DNA of 61,848 nucleotides, counting the filler, from Limisphaerales bacterium (GTDB lineage: Bacteria > Verrucomicrobiota > Verrucomicrobiia > Limisphaerales > SIBE01): the NCBI GenBank assembly GCA_044225505.1. It is 2 parts of 2 records of this genome, joined end to end, with 100 filler letters (N's around TTAATTAATTAA, not from the genome) between each part and the next. Parts side by side here need not be neighbours in the genome. Positions count along the whole stretch, not along the records: positions 31,042 to 61,848 come from JBGAIN010000096.1; 1 more part is not named here. One strand, written 5' to 3'. A model generated the notes under the pieces. The model saw only the letters and a program-made list of their open reading frames with translations, was not told where the DNA came from and ran no database searches. Each line of letters begins with the position of its first letter. The stretch's first letter is position 1. Shown here piece by piece: positions 60,062 to 61,848 of this stretch. The position numbers were made by a program, and so were the translations under genes.

Positions 60062-60703
60062 TTACCGGAGATCGGCCGTAGGGGAAATTGGAACGGGCAG
60101 GGACGCGACCGACTGCTCTGGCGCTGGAGTTGCCACTCCACCGGCCTGATCCGACGGAGCAGGGGCCTCGGGCGCGGGCTCTGTCAGTGGCGTTTGCAGC
60201 CCGTGTTCCAGAAGGTGGGCCACGTCGCGTTGGACATCTTCGAGTTGATCGAGCTGCAAGTTCGGGTCCGGGATGGTGAACAAATCACCGCTTTGGGCGT
60301 GTTCGTACACAAACGCCCGATGTCCACCCTGAGTGAGCTGAGCCTTAACTTTGAACAAGCGTTTCCGTTCTAACATGACGGCGAGGATAAAGAGTGCTCC
60401 GGCGTGGCTCGGATCATTTAGTTCCATGAGCTTGCGCAGCAGCGTTTCGGCGGTTTCCTTCTGAATCGCGTCTGGCGGGGCGGCTGGCGGTTGTTCGAAT
60501 ACCCCTTGCCAGTAAGATACGAAGCCTTTCCGGTCGGTAGCGCCCTGGCTGAATTGCGCCGTCCAGCATGCCTCGCAGATATCAAGACGATGGTAGTGCT
60601 GCTTTTGGTCGAAGAGCATCGTATGGAATGCTTCCTGATCCGCAAACTGCTTCTGACAAGCCTGGCAAGTATGGCCACGGCTCTGAATATTCCACTCGAT
60701 CAT
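60062..60703 (-). CDS. Hypothetical protein with N-terminal CxxC...CxxC zinc finger
   Basis: MIEWNIQSRGHTCQAC...DICEACW, then LAVMLERKR and an AP-rich tail. Confidence 0.75.
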   Translation of the reverse strand: MIEWNIQSRGHTCQACQKQFADQEAFHTMLFDQKQHYHRLDICEACWTAQFSQGATDRKGFVSYWQGVFEQPPAAPPDAIQKETAETLLRKLMELNDPSHAGALFILAVMLERKRLFKVKAQLTQGGHRAFVYEHAQSGDLFTIPDPNLQLDQLEDVQRDVAHLLEHGLQTPLTEPAPEAPAPSDQAGGVATPAPEQSVASLPVPISPTADLR

Positions 60704-60834
60704 GCTGCGATGTAGTTGGTCGCCTTGACGCCGGATTATCGCTATCCTGGCCACAACTGCAACCTCGTTTTCCGCTTCCGTGGGCTGGACTCGCAAGCCC
60801 ATCGTGCACGAAGCGTACGACCTTAATTCTTCGC

Positions 60835-61848
60835 TTAATGGGCTGGCCGCTCGATGAACTGATGGTAAACTCCGAGATAATAAGGGAGCAAATATACTGT
60901 TCCCGCAGCGAGTTCGTTACCATCACCGCTGTAGTCCAATTGCCATGGGTCGGTGTTCCAATGATTGAAATGTCGATTGGAGACCGGCAAAACTTTGCCA
61001 TTCCTCCGGTATCCGCGCGGATGTCGATCCGGCGAACTCACATCACTCGACTGGCTGGCGGTGAGTCGAATGAGATCGAGCCGATGACTGTTGCGATGTG
61101 GCCAATTAAGTCGATCCAGCGGAAGACCGTAGAGTGTGGACATGGCGTCATCAAGCCACCCAGCCCATGGTTCAAGACTGAACTTGCCCCAGGGATTACT
61201 CCCGGTCGCCCGGAGATTCTGCGCGGCATAGGCGAAATTGAAGAACGGATTCATTTCGGGCCATTCGTTAATCCAGTAGCGGTAGAATGAGTCTCGAATC
61301 ATGCCCTTTAACGACTCGTTCTTGGAGTAGCGCAACAGGTTGTAGTAACACATGAACGCCATTTCATCATCCGACTGATTGCCGGAGCCTGTCCCGAGTT
61401 GGACTTTCGGATACATGGCGTTGTGGGCGTATCCATGCCGGTCTATCAATTCCTGAGCCGCCGTTGCATATTTAGGGTCTCCTGTCACGTGTTCTGCCAC
61501 CGCCAAGTAACTTAAAACGCTTAAGGAGTTCAGGCCACGCTCGGGCCACCAAAGCGGATGGCGGTTAAGGTACTGCGGGCCGTAAACGGCCCATCGCGTG
61601 GGGCGACCGTCATGGTCGACAAGGGTATAATTATGTGTCAGTAGGTGGTCCGTGATTCCTCGGACCACGTCTCTGACCTTGTCCTTTTCCGCTTCGGTGT
61701 CGGCGCACAAGTCGTAGTAGAGCGGATAAAAAAAATAATGGCCGTCTAATTCGTCACTGCTTGTGTCCGATTTCCAGAACCAGCGACCGTCAGCGCTCTT
61801 GGGCCAACGCGGTTCATATGCCTTCCAAAGAGAATCATGCTTCTGGTC
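60835..61848 (-). CDS. Hypothetical protein, possibly (alpha/alpha)-barrel glycosidase-like; 5' end outside the window
   Basis: Frame stays open to the window edge: W.SDTSSDELDGH, L.DHDG.PTRW, GLNSL..LSYL, SDDEMAF, YLLPYY.G.Y. Confidence 0.7.
   Translation of the reverse strand, partial: DQKHDSLWKAYEPRWPKSADGRWFWKSDTSSDELDGHYFFYPLYYDLCADTEAEKDKVRDVVRGITDHLLTHNYTLVDHDGRPTRWAVYGPQYLNRHPLWWPERGLNSLSVLSYLAVAEHVTGDPKYATAAQELIDRHGYAHNAMYPKVQLGTGSGNQSDDEMAFMCYYNLLRYSKNESLKGMIRDSFYRYWINEWPEMNPFFNFAYAAQNLRATGSNPWGKFSLEPWAGWLDDAMSTLYGLPLDRLNWPHRNSHRLDLIRLTASQSSDVSSPDRHPRGYRRNGKVLPVSNRHFNHWNTDPWQLDYSGDGNELAAGTVYLLPYYLGVYHQFIERPAH

Overview
Bacterial DNA, GC-rich by eye and most likely Verrucomicrobiota (inferred from the PVC-type heme protein, FYR-ending secreted proteins and overall gene content). 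It is made of two contigs joined by an artificial 100-bp spacer (N44-TTAATTAATTAA-N44, 30942-31041). The left contig holds housekeeping, metabolic and signalling genes (efflux adaptor, KaiC-like ATPase plus kinase, gcvP, pepF-like, rsmI, anion transporter). It ends in a tRNA-Arg(TCG) followed by a lower-GC island that encodes a probable bacterial COMMD-like protein and a coupled partner, cut off by the gap. The right contig opens with a ~14.4-kb translationally coupled five-gene operon of secreted proteins: two beta-propellers, a permuted His-swivel/ATP-grasp phosphotransferase-like protein, a propeller plus di-heme MauG/CcP-like protein, and a delta-60/Ig giant protein. It continues with aspS, alr, clpS, a 6S-RNA-like hairpin, REP/REPIN-like repeats, a CotH kinase, larE, ndh and rnc. 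The best candidates for novelty are the COMMD-like island, the secreted operon, an 11-bp-period palindromic array at 1396-1488 and the unannotated structured RNAs near clpS. All protein calls come from motif recognition by eye; no searches were run.
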